Positions 11,684 through 24,704 of a stretch of 64,000 nucleotides of DNA are shown here, in pieces (position 1 is the first letter of the stretch; the number at the start of each line of letters is the position of its first letter). The stretch covers positions 57,842,088 through 57,906,087 of the forward strand of contig NC_068988.1 in assembly GCF_001194135.2 (NCBI RefSeq). Direction: 5' to 3'. The notes under the pieces were generated by a model. The model did not search any database, was not told where the DNA came from, and saw only the letters and a list, made by a program, of their open reading frames with translations. The translations under genes and the position numbers were made by a program. This DNA comes from Octopus bimaculoides. Taxonomy: Eukaryota.

Positions 11684-13570
11684 GAAGGCGGTGAGCTGGT
11701 AGAATCGTTAGCAAGCTGAGAAAATGCTTAGCGGCATTTCATCCGTTTTCACGTTCTGAGTTCAAATGCTGCAGGGGTTGAGTTTGCCTTTCATCTTTTT
11801 GGGGCCTGTAAAATAAAGTACCAGTGAAATACTGGGGTCGATATAATCGACAAGTTCCGTCCCACAAAATAAATTTCAGGACCTGTGCCTTTAGTAGAAA
11901 GGATTATTAAATTCAGAACGAAGGCAGCAAGCTGGCAGAAATGTTAGCACGCCGGGCGAAATGCTTAGCAGTATTTCGTCTGCCATTACGTTCTGAGTTC
12001 AAATTCCGCTGAGGTCAACTTTGCTTTTCATCCTTTCGGGGTTGATAAATTAAGTACCAGTTACGCACTGGGGTCGATGTAATCAACTTAATCCCTTTGT
12101 CTGTCCTTGTTTGTCCTCTCTATGTTTAGCCCCTTATGGGCAATAAAGAAATAAGAATCGTTAGCACGCTGAGAAAATGCTTAGCGGCATTTCATCAGTC
12201 TACACATTCCGAGTTCAAATGCTGCCAGGGTTGAGTTTGCCTTTCATCTTTTTGGGGCTTGTAAAATAGAGTACCTGTGGGGGTCAATTTGTTTGATTAA
12301 AGGCAGTGCTCCAGCATGGCCACAGCCAAATGGCTGAAACAAATAAGAAAAAAAGAAAGAAAGTAAAAAAGAATATATATATGATGGGTACTGAAAGAAA
12401 ATACAAGAGGATCAGTTAATTATGATTTTATTCAACATATTCCCCTCAGAGATTCACACACTCAGTGCAGCAGCCCTTCAGTTTTTCTAAGCCCTGTAAA
12501 GGGACTTGGAAGGTTGGACCTTCAATGAGGCCTTTCACAGTTCCTTTAAAGCCAGGAACTTTTCAGCACCCCCTTGTATTAGGATCAACGATATCAACAA
12601 ACCCTTTCACATAAAAATTACTATACTTGCTCCTAAATCAAAAGCCATTCATTTATAAGGGTAGTGACTTGCAGAATCATTAGAGCATTGGAGAAAATGC
12701 CTTGCACTGTTTAGTTCTATTCTGAGTTCAAATCCTGCCAGAGTCAACTCTGCCTTTCCTCCTTCTGAGGCCGATAAAATAAAGTACCAGTCAACAAATG
12801 AAGTTATTGTTACTGACTAACCCCCTTCCCCTAAAAATTACTGCCCTTAGGTCTAAATTAGTCATCAGTAATTAGAATTATAAAGGTAGTAAATGGTAAG
12901 ATTGTTAGAACATTGGCAAAAATGCTTTGCACTAATTAGCTCTTCACTTTCTGAGTTCAAATCCTGTTGAGGTCGACTTTGCTTCTCCTCCTTCCAGGGT
13001 TGATAAAATAAAGTACCAGTCATGTACTGGAGTTGATGGTATCAGCTAACTCATCCTCTGGGTTCCAGGCCTTGTGCATTTACTATAAGCAATTATTTAA
13101 TTTGTAACAGAATCAACAGAGTGTCAGACAAATATAATCTGTACTTTTCTGATTGGCAGAATAATTAGAGTGTTGGACAAAATACCTCAATGTATTTAAT
13201 TGCAATCTTTTGCATTCAGCGTTCAAATCCCACCAATTCTCATCTTTACCTTTCATCTCTCCAAGTTCAATAAAATAAAGTGCAGTTGAATACAGGGATC
13301 CATGTAATTAACCAGCTCCTTCTCATCATAGTTACTTGAGTCTTAATTAGAAATTAATTAAATTAAGAGAATTGCTAGAGTAACAGGCAAAATACTTTGT
13401 GCTATTTCATTTCAACCCTTCATATTTAGAGTTCAAATTTCACCCCAGGTCAGCTTTGCCCTTCATCTTTTCAGGAGTGAGTAAATTAATACCAGTAATA
13501 TACTGAGGATATATTTGGATATACCTTCAACCCTAGTAGTGGTGGCTTTGTGATTGTATTAGAAATCATG
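11684..13570 (+). mobile_element. Array of ~7 head-to-tail SINE family A copies
   Basis: A-box/B-box/core repeated at ~11684, 11920, 12153, 12655, 12885, 13150, 13370. Confidence 0.85.
12381..12575. mobile_element. Mariner-derived MITE (~200 bp)
   Basis: AAAGCCAGGAACTTTTCAGCACCCCC end; internal ATATTCCCCTCAGAGATTCACACAC is the antisense of the transposase C-terminus. Confidence 0.8.
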
Positions 13571-14377
13571 CTGTTCAATTCATAGTTAAAGGGATATGTT
13601 TTGGCAGAAATGGTAGAGTAGTGAGGAAGGACATCTGTACAAAATCTGCCTCAACAAAGTCGTCTGACCCATGCAAACTTGGAAAGATGGATGTTAAAAC
13701 AATGATTATGATAATGACAATGGAGTAGACATTCTGTATTGTGTATGTATCTCAGTTATAAGATAGGTACATCACATTCCCAGTTTTCATAAGAGCTGAC
13801 TAAGAGAGTTGTCAACACGAGGAATATCCAGCCATAAAGCACCACCTCTGTAAAACTGTCCAACCCATCATCCAGCATTGAAAACCAGATTTGAAATACT
13901 GTTGATGATGATTGATAAAGCAAACAATATCAACCACTGTGCCACGGCCACTCATAGCCCATATATGTGCTGTGGGTTTTCAAAGTGAGTCAGAGTACGT
14001 CAGGATATTTAAAAAATTTGAGTATTTTTAATACACCCAACACTATTTTATGTGTTTCTTTTGTGTCAGAGTACAATGAGTACGCTCATCACTATTTTAA
14101 AACAATCTTGATACTGCATTTTTTTTATATAATAAAATTTGTAAAGAATTCATGACATAATAGTAAAATTTTTAGTGCTTTATATAATATATCAATAGTA
14201 TTGAATATAATAGAATAGAAGTGTGTACTGTGAAGGCACATGGCTTAGTGGCTGGGGGTATTTAGTTCACGATCATAATGTTGTGAGTTTGATTTCCCCC
14301 CTCCCTATGCATTGTGTCCTTGAAAAGGACACTTTTCGTCTCGTCGCTCAGGGTCATGAGTGTTTCGTCCCTTAGCC

Positions 14378-14674
14378 CAGGGGTTTTCAAACTGTGGTCC
14401 GCGGACCACAGGGGGTCCGCAAGGACAAGACAGGGGGTCCGTGGACAGCAAATACTTTTTATGGGCAATTTGATTTTATACATGTTTTTTAATCAAAATC
14501 TTTTAATTGACAATAAATCTATTTGTTAAATACAGTTAAATAAATAAATGTAAAAATATATGTTATTTTAAGCAAATATTTATGTATCAATTTCATAAGC
14601 GTTTATAAAGGGGTCCCTAAGGTAAAGCCTGAAATACAAAGGGGTCCGCAAGTCAAAAAGTTTGAAAACCCCTG
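14378..14674. mobile_element. hAT-superfamily MITE, 297 bp
   Basis: perfect 16-bp TIR CAGGGGTTTTCAAACT/AGTTTGAAAACCCCTG, perfect 8-bp TSD CCTTAGCC, repeated GGGGTCC subterminal motifs. Confidence 0.95.
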
Positions 14675-15039
14675 CCTTAGCCTATATGCTTCGCCAGAGT
14701 GAGACAGCGAGGACTGAACTAGTCTTCACCTTAAGAAGGGTTCCACCTGCAGTCTCTTATCAACCATAGCCACCTTCAGCAAGTTTTAGCTGTCATGCCT
14801 ATCTCCTTCCTGGTTTTTTTCGGTTGTCTGGGTTTCAGACCTATCTTCTTCAGGAAATAGCTCACTGACCTAGCAGGAAGGCCACAGTAGCTGACTTCAG
14901 TGGGGAACGAGACTGCATGCCATCTCTTGACACGGGCCTCAATGATTAAGTTATAAGGTTGACCTAGGGCTAAACAGCATTTATTCTACATGTAAATATT
15001 GATCTTCAGATAACTCATTCCACTTCAATGACTGTTATG

Positions 15040-15172
15040 AGACTTACTGCTGCTGCTGCTGCTGCTGCTACTACTACTACTATCTCTACTACTACTACTA
15101 CTACTACTACTATCTCTACTACTACTACTACTACTACTACTATCTCTACTACTACTACTACTACTACTACCT

Positions 15173-15208
<36 letters not shown>

Positions 15209-15220
15209 TTACTACTACTG
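15040..15220. repeat. (CTA)n microsatellite with periodic ATCTCT interruptions
   Basis: direct reading. Confidence 0.95.
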
Positions 15221-15919
15221 CCAAAGCTTTGTGAAAGGATTTGGCAGACGAAAACTGAAAGAAGNNNNNNNNNNNNNNNNNNNNNNNNNNNNNNNNNNNN
15301 NNNNNNNNNNNNNNNNNNNNNNNNNNNNNNNNNNNNNNNNNNNNNNNNNNNNNNNNNNNNNNNNNNNNNNNNNNNNNNNNNNNNNNNNNNNNNNNNNNNN
15401 NNNNNNNNNNNNNNNNNNNNNNNNNNNNNNNNNNNNNNNNNNNNNNNNNNNNNNNNNNNNNNNNNNNNNNNNNNNNNNNNNNNNNNNNNNNNNNNNNNNN
15501 NNNNNNNNNNNNNNNNNNNNNNNNNNNNNNNNNNNNNNNNNNNNNNNNNNNNNNNNNNNNNNNNNNNNNNNNNNNNNNNNNNNNNNNNNNNNNNNNNNNN
15601 NNNNNNNNNNNNNNNNNNNNNNNNNNNNNNNNNNNNNNNNNNNNNNNNNNNNNNNNNNNNNNNNNNNNNNNNNNNNNNNNNNNNNNNNNNNNNNNNNNNN
15701 NNNNNNNNNNNNNNNNNNNNNNNNNNNNNNNNNNNNNNNNNNNNNNNNNNNNNNNNNNNNNNNNNNNNNNNNNNNNNNNNNNNNNNNNNNNNNNNNNNNN
15801 NNNNNNNNNNNNNNNNNNNNNNNNNNNNNNNNNNNNNNNNNNNNNNNNNNNNNNNNNNNNNNNNNNNNNNNNNNNNNNNNNNNNNNNNNNNNNNNNNNNN
15901 NNNNNNNNNNNNNNNNNTT

Positions 15920-15964
<45 letters not shown>

Positions 15965-16192
15965 ATGTGTGTGTATATGTTTGTGTGTCTGTGTTTGTCC
16001 CCCCAACTTCACTTGACAACCGATGCTGGTGTGTTTACGTCCCCGTAACTTAGCGGTTCAGCAAAAAGTGACCGATAGAATAAGTACTAGGCTTACAAAG
16101 AATAAGTCCTGGGGTCAATTTGCTCGACTAAAGGCGGTGCCCCAGCATGGCCGCAGTCAAATGACTGAAACAAGTAAAACAGTAAAGTGTAA
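15215..16192 (+). mobile_element. SINE family B with internal (TA/TG)n spanning an assembly gap
   Basis: AAAGCTTTGTG..GATTTGGCAGACGAAAACTGAAAGAAG [gap] ..CCCCGTAACTTAGCGGTTC..AAAGGCGGTGCCCCAGCATGGCC. Confidence 0.85.
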
Positions 16193-16835
16193 TTTAAAAT
16201 AAAATATCTTGACAAATATACCAGACCTGGAAAGAAGGATCTAGTTTTAGAGAGAGAGAGAAAAAAAGAAAAGGGTGAGAGAGAGAAAGACAAAAATCAA
16301 AGCGAAAGAGTTATTTGGTAATTCAACAAAATATCTTTTTGTATTATTATTTTCAGGTTCAAACCTTAGAACAATTCTTTTAGTATTTATTTTTACCATT
16401 TTGCCCTGATGTTCAACTGAGAAAAACAAATAGATGTGTGTATATTCATGTCTGCCAGTCTCAACCATTTTGTTATTTGTTTTAGTTATACGAAACTGCT
16501 ATAACAAGCAAGCAGACATTGTCGATTTGGCTAAAACGAATGAGGAGTCGAATGTCGATTCTTGTTGTTCAACATTTGCAAAGCAATGCAAATATTTACA
16601 CCTGTTGACAGGTGTGTACATGTCATAGGTAGCAAGCATTTTGGGGACATGAACAAGCAAGCTTAGACATGCACAGAGATGTGCATAGATGTATATATGT
16701 ATGTATGTGTGTGTGTGTATGTATGTATGTATGCATGTATGTACAAATAAGTATATGTATGTGTGTTTGTAGGTGTATATGTGTAGTGTGTATATATGTA
16801 TATATAAAAATGCATCATATATATTTATATGTAAA

Positions 16836-16912
<77 letters not shown>

Positions 16913-17829
16913 TATATACAGTTAAAAAAAACACAAAAAAACAACAAAGTGAGGACGTGATACGGATAGTGTTATTGGACGCTCGGGAAAGGAAGGAGAG
17001 AGAGTATGACGTTTCAGGCGGAGCCTTTCGTCGGAAAGACAGAAAGTTCGGAGAATGGAAAAACAGAGGAAGAGGAAAATGGCACCGATGCCCACGAGGT
17101 TACATTGTGAAAGGACCGGAAGAGGAGGTGGTGGGGGAAAAGTTCTTTCTAAGACAGGAGAGTGAAACACATATACACACAGAACCAATACACATACACA
17201 CACATCTTATACATTAATGGCAATTTCTGTATGTTGATCTGTCTGTTATCATCTTGCTGCCTACACCAGTGAACCAATCTTGACAAAACTTTGCATACAT
17301 GTTAAACTAACATCCAGTTCAATTATAGGCTTATTAGATTTCAATAAAAATCTAAAATGGGCCCCCTAGTTGGGGTTGGATTATCATTTGATAAAATGAG
17401 AAGGGTGCAAGAGTGTTAGTGTCAGAGAAATGTGAGTGTGGCTGATATCAGGGAAGGGGAGAACAGCATTGTGTAAGCAACAAATGTTGAGTGGCAATGG
17501 GGTGGAGCATTAATACAGCTGTCATTCAGCTGTATTACAAGTGATGCTGCATACATACTTTTGTAAAGACATAGCTACATGCATACACCCCCACACACAC
17601 ACATATAAATATATATGCATAATACATATGTCTCTTATACACCATTTTAAACTCGTGATTACCTGTGTATACATTTGCAAATCTGTGTGTGTGTGTGTGT
17701 GTGTGTGAGAACTATGACATAAAACGGGGCTGAGAACCAAGCTTTGGTGGATACCTGCTCTACACACTAAATCCACACTGAAATCACAGTTAGCTTTCAC
17801 TCTCCATAAATGGCTTATAACACACCCAC

Positions 17830-18135
17830 ACCTAGTTTTCAGGAAGTCCACCAGACAATAGGTCATGATGCTTCATCAAAGGCTTTCTCCAGAGCAATAA
17901 ATGCTAAATAGACATTTACTCTTAACTAAATATCTCTCTTATAATTGTCTTACTTTGAAAAGAGCACTGGTAGTAATCTGACCACACTGCATCTCATCTA
18001 AGCTGATTCTTTTCCTAATCAGTCATGCTAACTCTCTCTCTATTAACTTTACAGCCTGGTCCATCAGTTTTATGCTTCTGTAATTGCTTTTCTCCAAGGT
18101 ATCTCTTTCGCCTTTGTTACAGTTGACAATGATGA
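17830..18135 (-). mobile_element. Old RTE reverse-transcriptase fragment
   Basis: degenerate IVNC.KG..DTLE..NYRSIKLMDQ..ISLDEMQ..TTSALF.VRQL with stops. Confidence 0.75.
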
Positions 18136-18229
18136 TGATATTATTAATATACCAATACATAAAAACAGGCTAGAGTTGAAGTGCTCAGCATGAGCTAGAA
18201 TTCACACACAAACGCACACACACACACAC

Positions 18230-18276
<47 letters not shown>

Positions 18277-18309
18277 ATGCACACACACACAAACATATAT
18301 ATATACATA

Positions 18310-18478
18310 TATACGGCAGGCTTCTTTCAGTTTCCGTCTACCAAATCCACTCACAAGGCTTTGGTCAGTCCGAGGCTATAGTAGAAGACACTTGCCCAAG
18401 GTGCCACGCAGTGAGACTGAACCCGGAACCATGTGGTTGGTAAGCAAGCTACTTCCCACACAGCCACTCCTATGCCTA
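18310..18478 (-). mobile_element. SINE family B 5' part (tRNA head plus CACCTTGGGCAAGTG core); similar copies at 22230, 38925, 44210, 53905
   Basis: GGCTTCTTTCAGTTTCCGTCTACCAAATCC...CACTTGCCCAAGGTGCC...CCACACAGCCACTCC. Confidence 0.85.
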
Positions 18479-19849
18479 TATAGCAATCGTCCTCTCAATG
18501 CTCCTCAACCATCTCTGTAATCTCACCTGATCTGCAGTTCATTTTATATCAACGTTGATATTTCTGACACCATGTTTCTGCTAATGGAATGGGTAGATGT
18601 TTGAAGTCTGTTCTTTGCACCTGAAAAGAAGTGTGCAATCATTTGATAATGAGCGAAAGGTTCTCATAGAAGGTCAGATATTTCCATCTAACCAGCTCAC
18701 TGCATTTAGAATCAAACCTGGATTCGCTAGGATTGATGCAGACTTCTTAATATAGCCATTCTTGTGACCACCCCATCGAGTAACCATATAGAAGCTCTCA
18801 GTACAAGCAATGAGTTCCAGTGCTGAGTTTAGTTTTTACCTTAAATTACCTGCAATGGATTCGTATTTATAAGAGAAAGTTTATCTTGCCATAAGCTTAT
18901 AACTACAGTAACGCTTTTCTGCCTAAACTCTTTTTGTATTCAATATATTCCAGTGATATAAACTGCCTGTATGTTTAAATTAATTTTGAAAATAATCAAG
19001 AATGTATATGGTAATTTCGTAAAATAACTTTGCGGTTATTAAATTGGTGTTTGAAACAAAACGAAAAGTTCTTACATAAAATTACAAAAGGTTTCTCATT
19101 TCAACATGAGCGTTTTAAAAACAGATTTCGTATCATGAAACCAGGAGCGGCCTAGGCGTGGACTGGAATCAAAATGGTTTAAACTTCTTCAGCAGGTTGA
19201 CATCAAAACAGCAAAGCACAAAGATGGCAAGGATGAGAGCAAGAGTTATTCCCCTTTAAATTATCGAGAGAAAAAAAAACTCAAGGGAAATAACTGCCGT
19301 TTCGAGACTAATCTCGCAAATATTTTAAGTTAAATTTCCAATTCCGTCCAATCTTTCCCCTCACCGATTTCGAAAATCCTGGAAAAAGGGTAATAAATAC
19401 TTCCCTTGGTTTTTGATTGTTCCATAAAAAGGAGGATACACTTTGTTATAAAATTCCTCATCTATTCCAACAATATTATGAAGAGAAAATAGTTTATCAA
19501 TTTATTATTTACAATATAAAAGGAACATATTTGTAAAATAACTAGGAAACTAAGGTTCTGTGACAGATCACAAGGGGTACCGCGAGAAATATTGAGAATA
19601 CCGCGAGAATAGGCCGATTACATACAAATGCATTTTTGAGTCACATATATGTTTAATTCTATCTTCATAATTTTACTATATATGTGCAATATAGGTGTAT
19701 GCATACGGCTGTGCATTGGCACATGCATAGCACCTTGGGTAAGAGTCTTCTAATATGGCCCCAGGCTGACGAAAGCCTTGCGAATGGATTTTGAATGGGG
19801 AAATAAACTTCCACGGCAGAAGTGTTAATGCTGCTACTCCCAGGGAAGA

Positions 19850-20112
19850 GGATTGGCCTTCAGGAGTTTTGTGCTGGTGCCACATAAAAAACACGTAATA
19901 GCACTCGAGCTAGTGCCACATTAAAAGCACCTGGCACATACACTATAAAGGGGTCAGCATTAGGAAGGGCATCCAGCTGTAGAAACTAACCCAGAACACA
20001 TGACTGGAACCTGGTGCAGCTCTCCAGCTTGCCAGCTCTGGTCAAACCGTCCAACCCATGCCAGCATGGAAAACGGACGTTAAATGATGATGATGATGAT
20101 GATGATGATGAT
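19850..20112 (+). mobile_element. RTE 3' tail element
   Basis: same tail motif, ends in (GAT)n. Confidence 0.8.
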
Positions 20113-20569
20113 ATTTATGAAAAAAAGAAAGAAAAATTTTTTTTTAAATCTATTATAATACTCTTGTGTTTTTCTCTGTCACAACATATGAAAGAGAAAA
20201 GAAGGGGTGATAGATGAATAAGGAAGTAAGGGGTGATGGCAAACTGGTAGTGGGAGCGTTTCAACTCTGGGTGAGTATATGTGTGTGTGTGTATGTAAAA
20301 AGGAGGTATGTGAATGTGTGTGTGTGTGCAATGGAAGCGGAATGGTGAACATTCAACACTGCAAACAAAAATCAATGCGAAAGGGCCACCAGTGATTTGA
20401 TCTGGGATTGTTAATCTCCATATTCACAGATGACCTCTATCTACAGGCTGGGACCCTGACAAGTGCTTGTACTCCACATAAAAGTAGACCTGGGAACAAA
20501 TGGTAGCTACAAGGTTTTATAATAAATAGACAAACAGATAAATAAATCAAGAGACATAAGCAAATATAT

Positions 20570-20607
<38 letters not shown>

Positions 20608-21685
20608 TTTTATTTTGCAATTAAGATTATATCTGAATAATATATCTAACACAAACAAAAAAATAAAGCATTAAAAATAAAGATTTACTCATATTTTTCT
20701 GTCCATGTTACAATCAGTTCTTAAAATCTTTCAAAACATTCGCATTTGCACAATCCATGAGAATTTTTCATTTTCATTTGTTTTTATTTATTTATTTATT
20801 TATTTTTTTCGGTTTCAATTATTTTTAGATTGGGAAGCAGGAAGGGAGGTGGAGCAATAAAGAATTGCAAAAAAGTTAATATTACAAATCTTGTTACATC
20901 TGGGGATAATCATTATACCAATATTATTAACACACACACACTGATTCAATTCCAATTCTTCATTATTAGTCAACTGGTTAAATATCCACTAAATTAATCA
21001 ATTGTTTAACTTAGTTAAGCAGTAAGTCATTTTTTTTTTTTGCCAAAGCTCTTTTGTTGCTACTTGCAACCTTTTCAATGACTTTTGTCTTAGTCTGTTA
21101 CGGAGGCTGCACTTGTCTGCTTGAGATCTTGTTGTGAGCATCTGTGTGCATGCAAGTAGCAATGAAAAACCTTTGACAAACAAATGACTTACAAACAATT
21201 GATCAGCTAGTTGGATATTTAAGCAACTGACTAATGATGAAGGAGCGGAATCAAACCAGTGCATGTGTTAATGATATTGGCATAACGACTCTCCCCAGAT
21301 ACAACAAAATTTGTTTCAACACACCAATTCACATAAAGAATCTTGCAAACCAGACACAAAAACAAAATTAAAATTACAATTTTACTCTGCATTACCATAA
21401 CAAGCAAAATAAAGAGAAAAATATCTTCTTTTACTGATTTCAGTTACTGGATAGTGGCCATGCTAGAGTACCACCTTCGAGGATGGTACTCTCACACACA
21501 TACACACACATGTACAAACACTCCAAAAATAAAAAAAATAAAAACGGTGTTGTTAATGTCAGAATTATGCCTGCACCTACGACAGCACATACAAAAAAAA
21601 TCAAACAATTGAAATGACTATAGGTTAACGGGGCTGGAGTTTATGTGTGCATGTGCTTGTGTTTATACACGTGTGTGTGCATGTG

Positions 21686-21720
<35 letters not shown>

Positions 21721-22033
21721 ACACATACCCATATATGTGCACACCCACACACACACACATTTGAAAATACGAAGAGAAATTCAGTTAATAACAAATTAAT
21801 CTCTCATCATTTTTGTGTCATTTTTTTGCAGCAGGGAGGGGGTCTGGGTTTTTTGTCACTTTTTGTTGCTGTTTTTTTTTGCTCCATTTTGTTGTTTTTT
21901 TTACTTNNNNNNNNNNNNNNNNNNNNNNNNNNNNNNNNNNNNNNNNNNNNNNNNNNNNNNNNNNNNNNNNNNNNNNNNNNNNNNNNNNNNNNNNNNNNNN
22001 NNNNNNNNNNNNNNNNNNNNNNNNNNNNNNNNN

Positions 22034-22041
22034 AGCAAACA
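22034..22041 (-). CDS. TTC37: Probable start of TTC37 terminal exon (TGT TTG CT..), remainder in gap 21907-22033
   Basis: very strong acceptor ttttctcttctctgttttctcttcctttgtatttgcag directly before the gap; phase 0 as required. Confidence 0.6.
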
Positions 22042-23037
22042 CTGCAAATACAAAGGAAGAGAAAACAGAGAAGAGAAAAACAGATTAGACATTTTATAAA
22101 CAAATAACAATAAAATGATGAACAAATATGATGCTACATTATAATAACGTTGAATATATATGTAGATCCCTCTCCCTCTCTCTCTTTCAGAGAGGCACAA
22201 GCACATACACAGACATATACACACACGGCAGTAACTTCCGCCTACCAAATTCAATCACAAAGCTTTGGTCGGCCCGGGGCTATAGCAGAAGACACTTGCC
22301 CAAGGTGCCACATGGTGGGACTGAACCTGAAACCATGTAGCTGGGAAGCAAGCTTCCTAACCACACAGCCATGCCTGTGCCTATTTTAGATATTGTATAA
22401 AAGGAAGATGCTAGTGTCTATTTATACAGAATTTGGCATAAAAAAAAAACGTCTGTAGATTTATACTATGATATATCATAGCACAGGGGTATATATGAAC
22501 ACAGCATCACAGAGTGATGTATACATGAATATATTCAGTGACATACACACACACACACACACATATATGAACACTTGACCTTGAGTCACGCTGTTACTTC
22601 TGCTAAATATTAATAAAAATATGTATATACTCATGTTTTTAGCAGAAGTAACAGAGTGACTCAAGGTTCAAGAGATTCATACATTTGATAAGTGCCAATA
22701 CACAAAACCCTTGAACCTGAAGTGACTTTATATATAATGGAACTGTGATTAAGTATATCAGAAAAAATATATATAAGTCAAAACAATTTGCTGGCTTTTT
22801 ATGGTTTTTATAATTATTTATATGATATTATGTTATGTTATATATTATATTCATAGTATTTAATGTAATATTGTAATATAAATAAATTATTGGATTGTCA
22901 ATAGAATATCTCTATATTAAATTCATCTTTATACTTGAATTATACCAATATTTATATGGCGTCCAACTGATGTACCAGTGAATTGGATGTTTAATACACC
23001 ACTTTGAAGGATTTGTTTTCCTCGGTTTGTTACTTTA

Positions 23038-23106
<69 letters not shown>

Positions 23107-24602
23107 TTTATTCAACAAAACTGTCCGATGAACGGGAACGTGAAACTCCGAGTAACAGTCTTTTGTTATATTTCTGCTGCTAGATCGCTGGCCACTACAC
23201 ATTCTTTTTCTCTCTCCTTGTTTCTTTCTGTGTAAGAGTGTAGGCTCGAAACGTTAAAGACTTTTTCACTTCCCGAGCGTTATACTAATACATCTGTTTG
23301 TTGTCTACACCACCTGTCTTCGTCTTTTGTTTTTTTTTTTTGTGAATTCTCCCCCTATATATATGTATTTATACATACACACACACACACACACATGAAT
23401 ATATGCAGTGATATCACATGAATATAAGCAGAGACATATAGACCCCCACCCCATAAAGAATTATACATACATGCACACACATACATACATACATACAGAG
23501 GGTTTCTTTAGTTGATATTATTGCACATACCTTTATTTCAGAATCCGAGTTGTTTTTCTTGAGAGAGAGCTTCAAGAGATGCTGACGGGCAAGAGACGCA
23601 GCAAAGGATAACCCACCAGTGATTTTATCATCGTTGATCACTTGTTTCAGGAAATCAGGAGCTGTTCTGTAACAAAGAACAAGCAAGAGAAGAATAGACA
23701 ACAGCAACATCAACAATAATAACATCAACATCAACACCACCACCACCACCACCATCATCATCATTGTTTAACATCCACTTTACCATGCTTGCAGGGGTCA
23801 GACTAAATTCATGGAGGGAGATTTTCCATACAGTTCTTTCCTTGAAACGTTTCCAAAGCACAGAATCATTGAGAAGTGAATGTCTTTCAAAGCAAACCCT
23901 TCCTTATTTGACAGACAATGTCTTAAACACTCCGATAGTTAAACACTCCGGATTCTCTGCCTTTTGCAATCTAAGGTAATATTTCTTATTTTAATGCAAG
24001 ATAATATTCGTGTTAATTAAGGTGGCAAGCAAGTAGAATCGTTAGCATGGCAGGCAAAATGCTTAGCAGCATTTCATCCAAATTTATGTTCTGAGTTCAA
24101 ATTCCGTTGAGGTCGACTTCACCTTTCAGCCTTTTGGGGTTGATAAAGTAAGTACTAGCTGAAAACTGGGGTCAATGTGATTGACTAGTGCCATTGCCAG
24201 AAATTGCTGGTCTTGTGCCAATATTTGAAATGAATATTTTTGTGTTAGATAAAGTGGCAAGCTGGCAGAAATGTTAGTATGCCAGGCAAAATGTTAAGCA
24301 GCATTTCATCCACGGTTATGTTCTGGGTTCAAATTCCACTGAGGCTGACTTGGCCTTTCATCCTTTCAGGATCAATAAAATAAGTACCAGCTGAGAACTG
24401 GGGTTGATGGAATCAACTGGCCCCCTCCCTCAAAATTGCTGATCTTGTGCCTATATTTGAAATCAATGTTTGTGTTAGTCTTTCAAACAAGAACAGCACC
24501 AAAAGTCAGACATATTTTAAATGGGAAAGCGTAGATGGACAACACCACTTGTGTAAGTATTGTTTGTTTACAATTAGTGTAATGTCAAGACATGAACATG
24601 CA

Positions 24603-24646
<44 letters not shown>

Positions 24647-24656
24647 NNNNNNNNNN

Positions 24657-24704
<48 letters not shown>

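Noticed and set aside
22680-22730. Degenerate TTGATAA-GTG..CAC-AAAAC hammerhead-like string next to the 22574 hairpin
   Set aside because: Needs three core substitutions and lacks helix I/III pairing.
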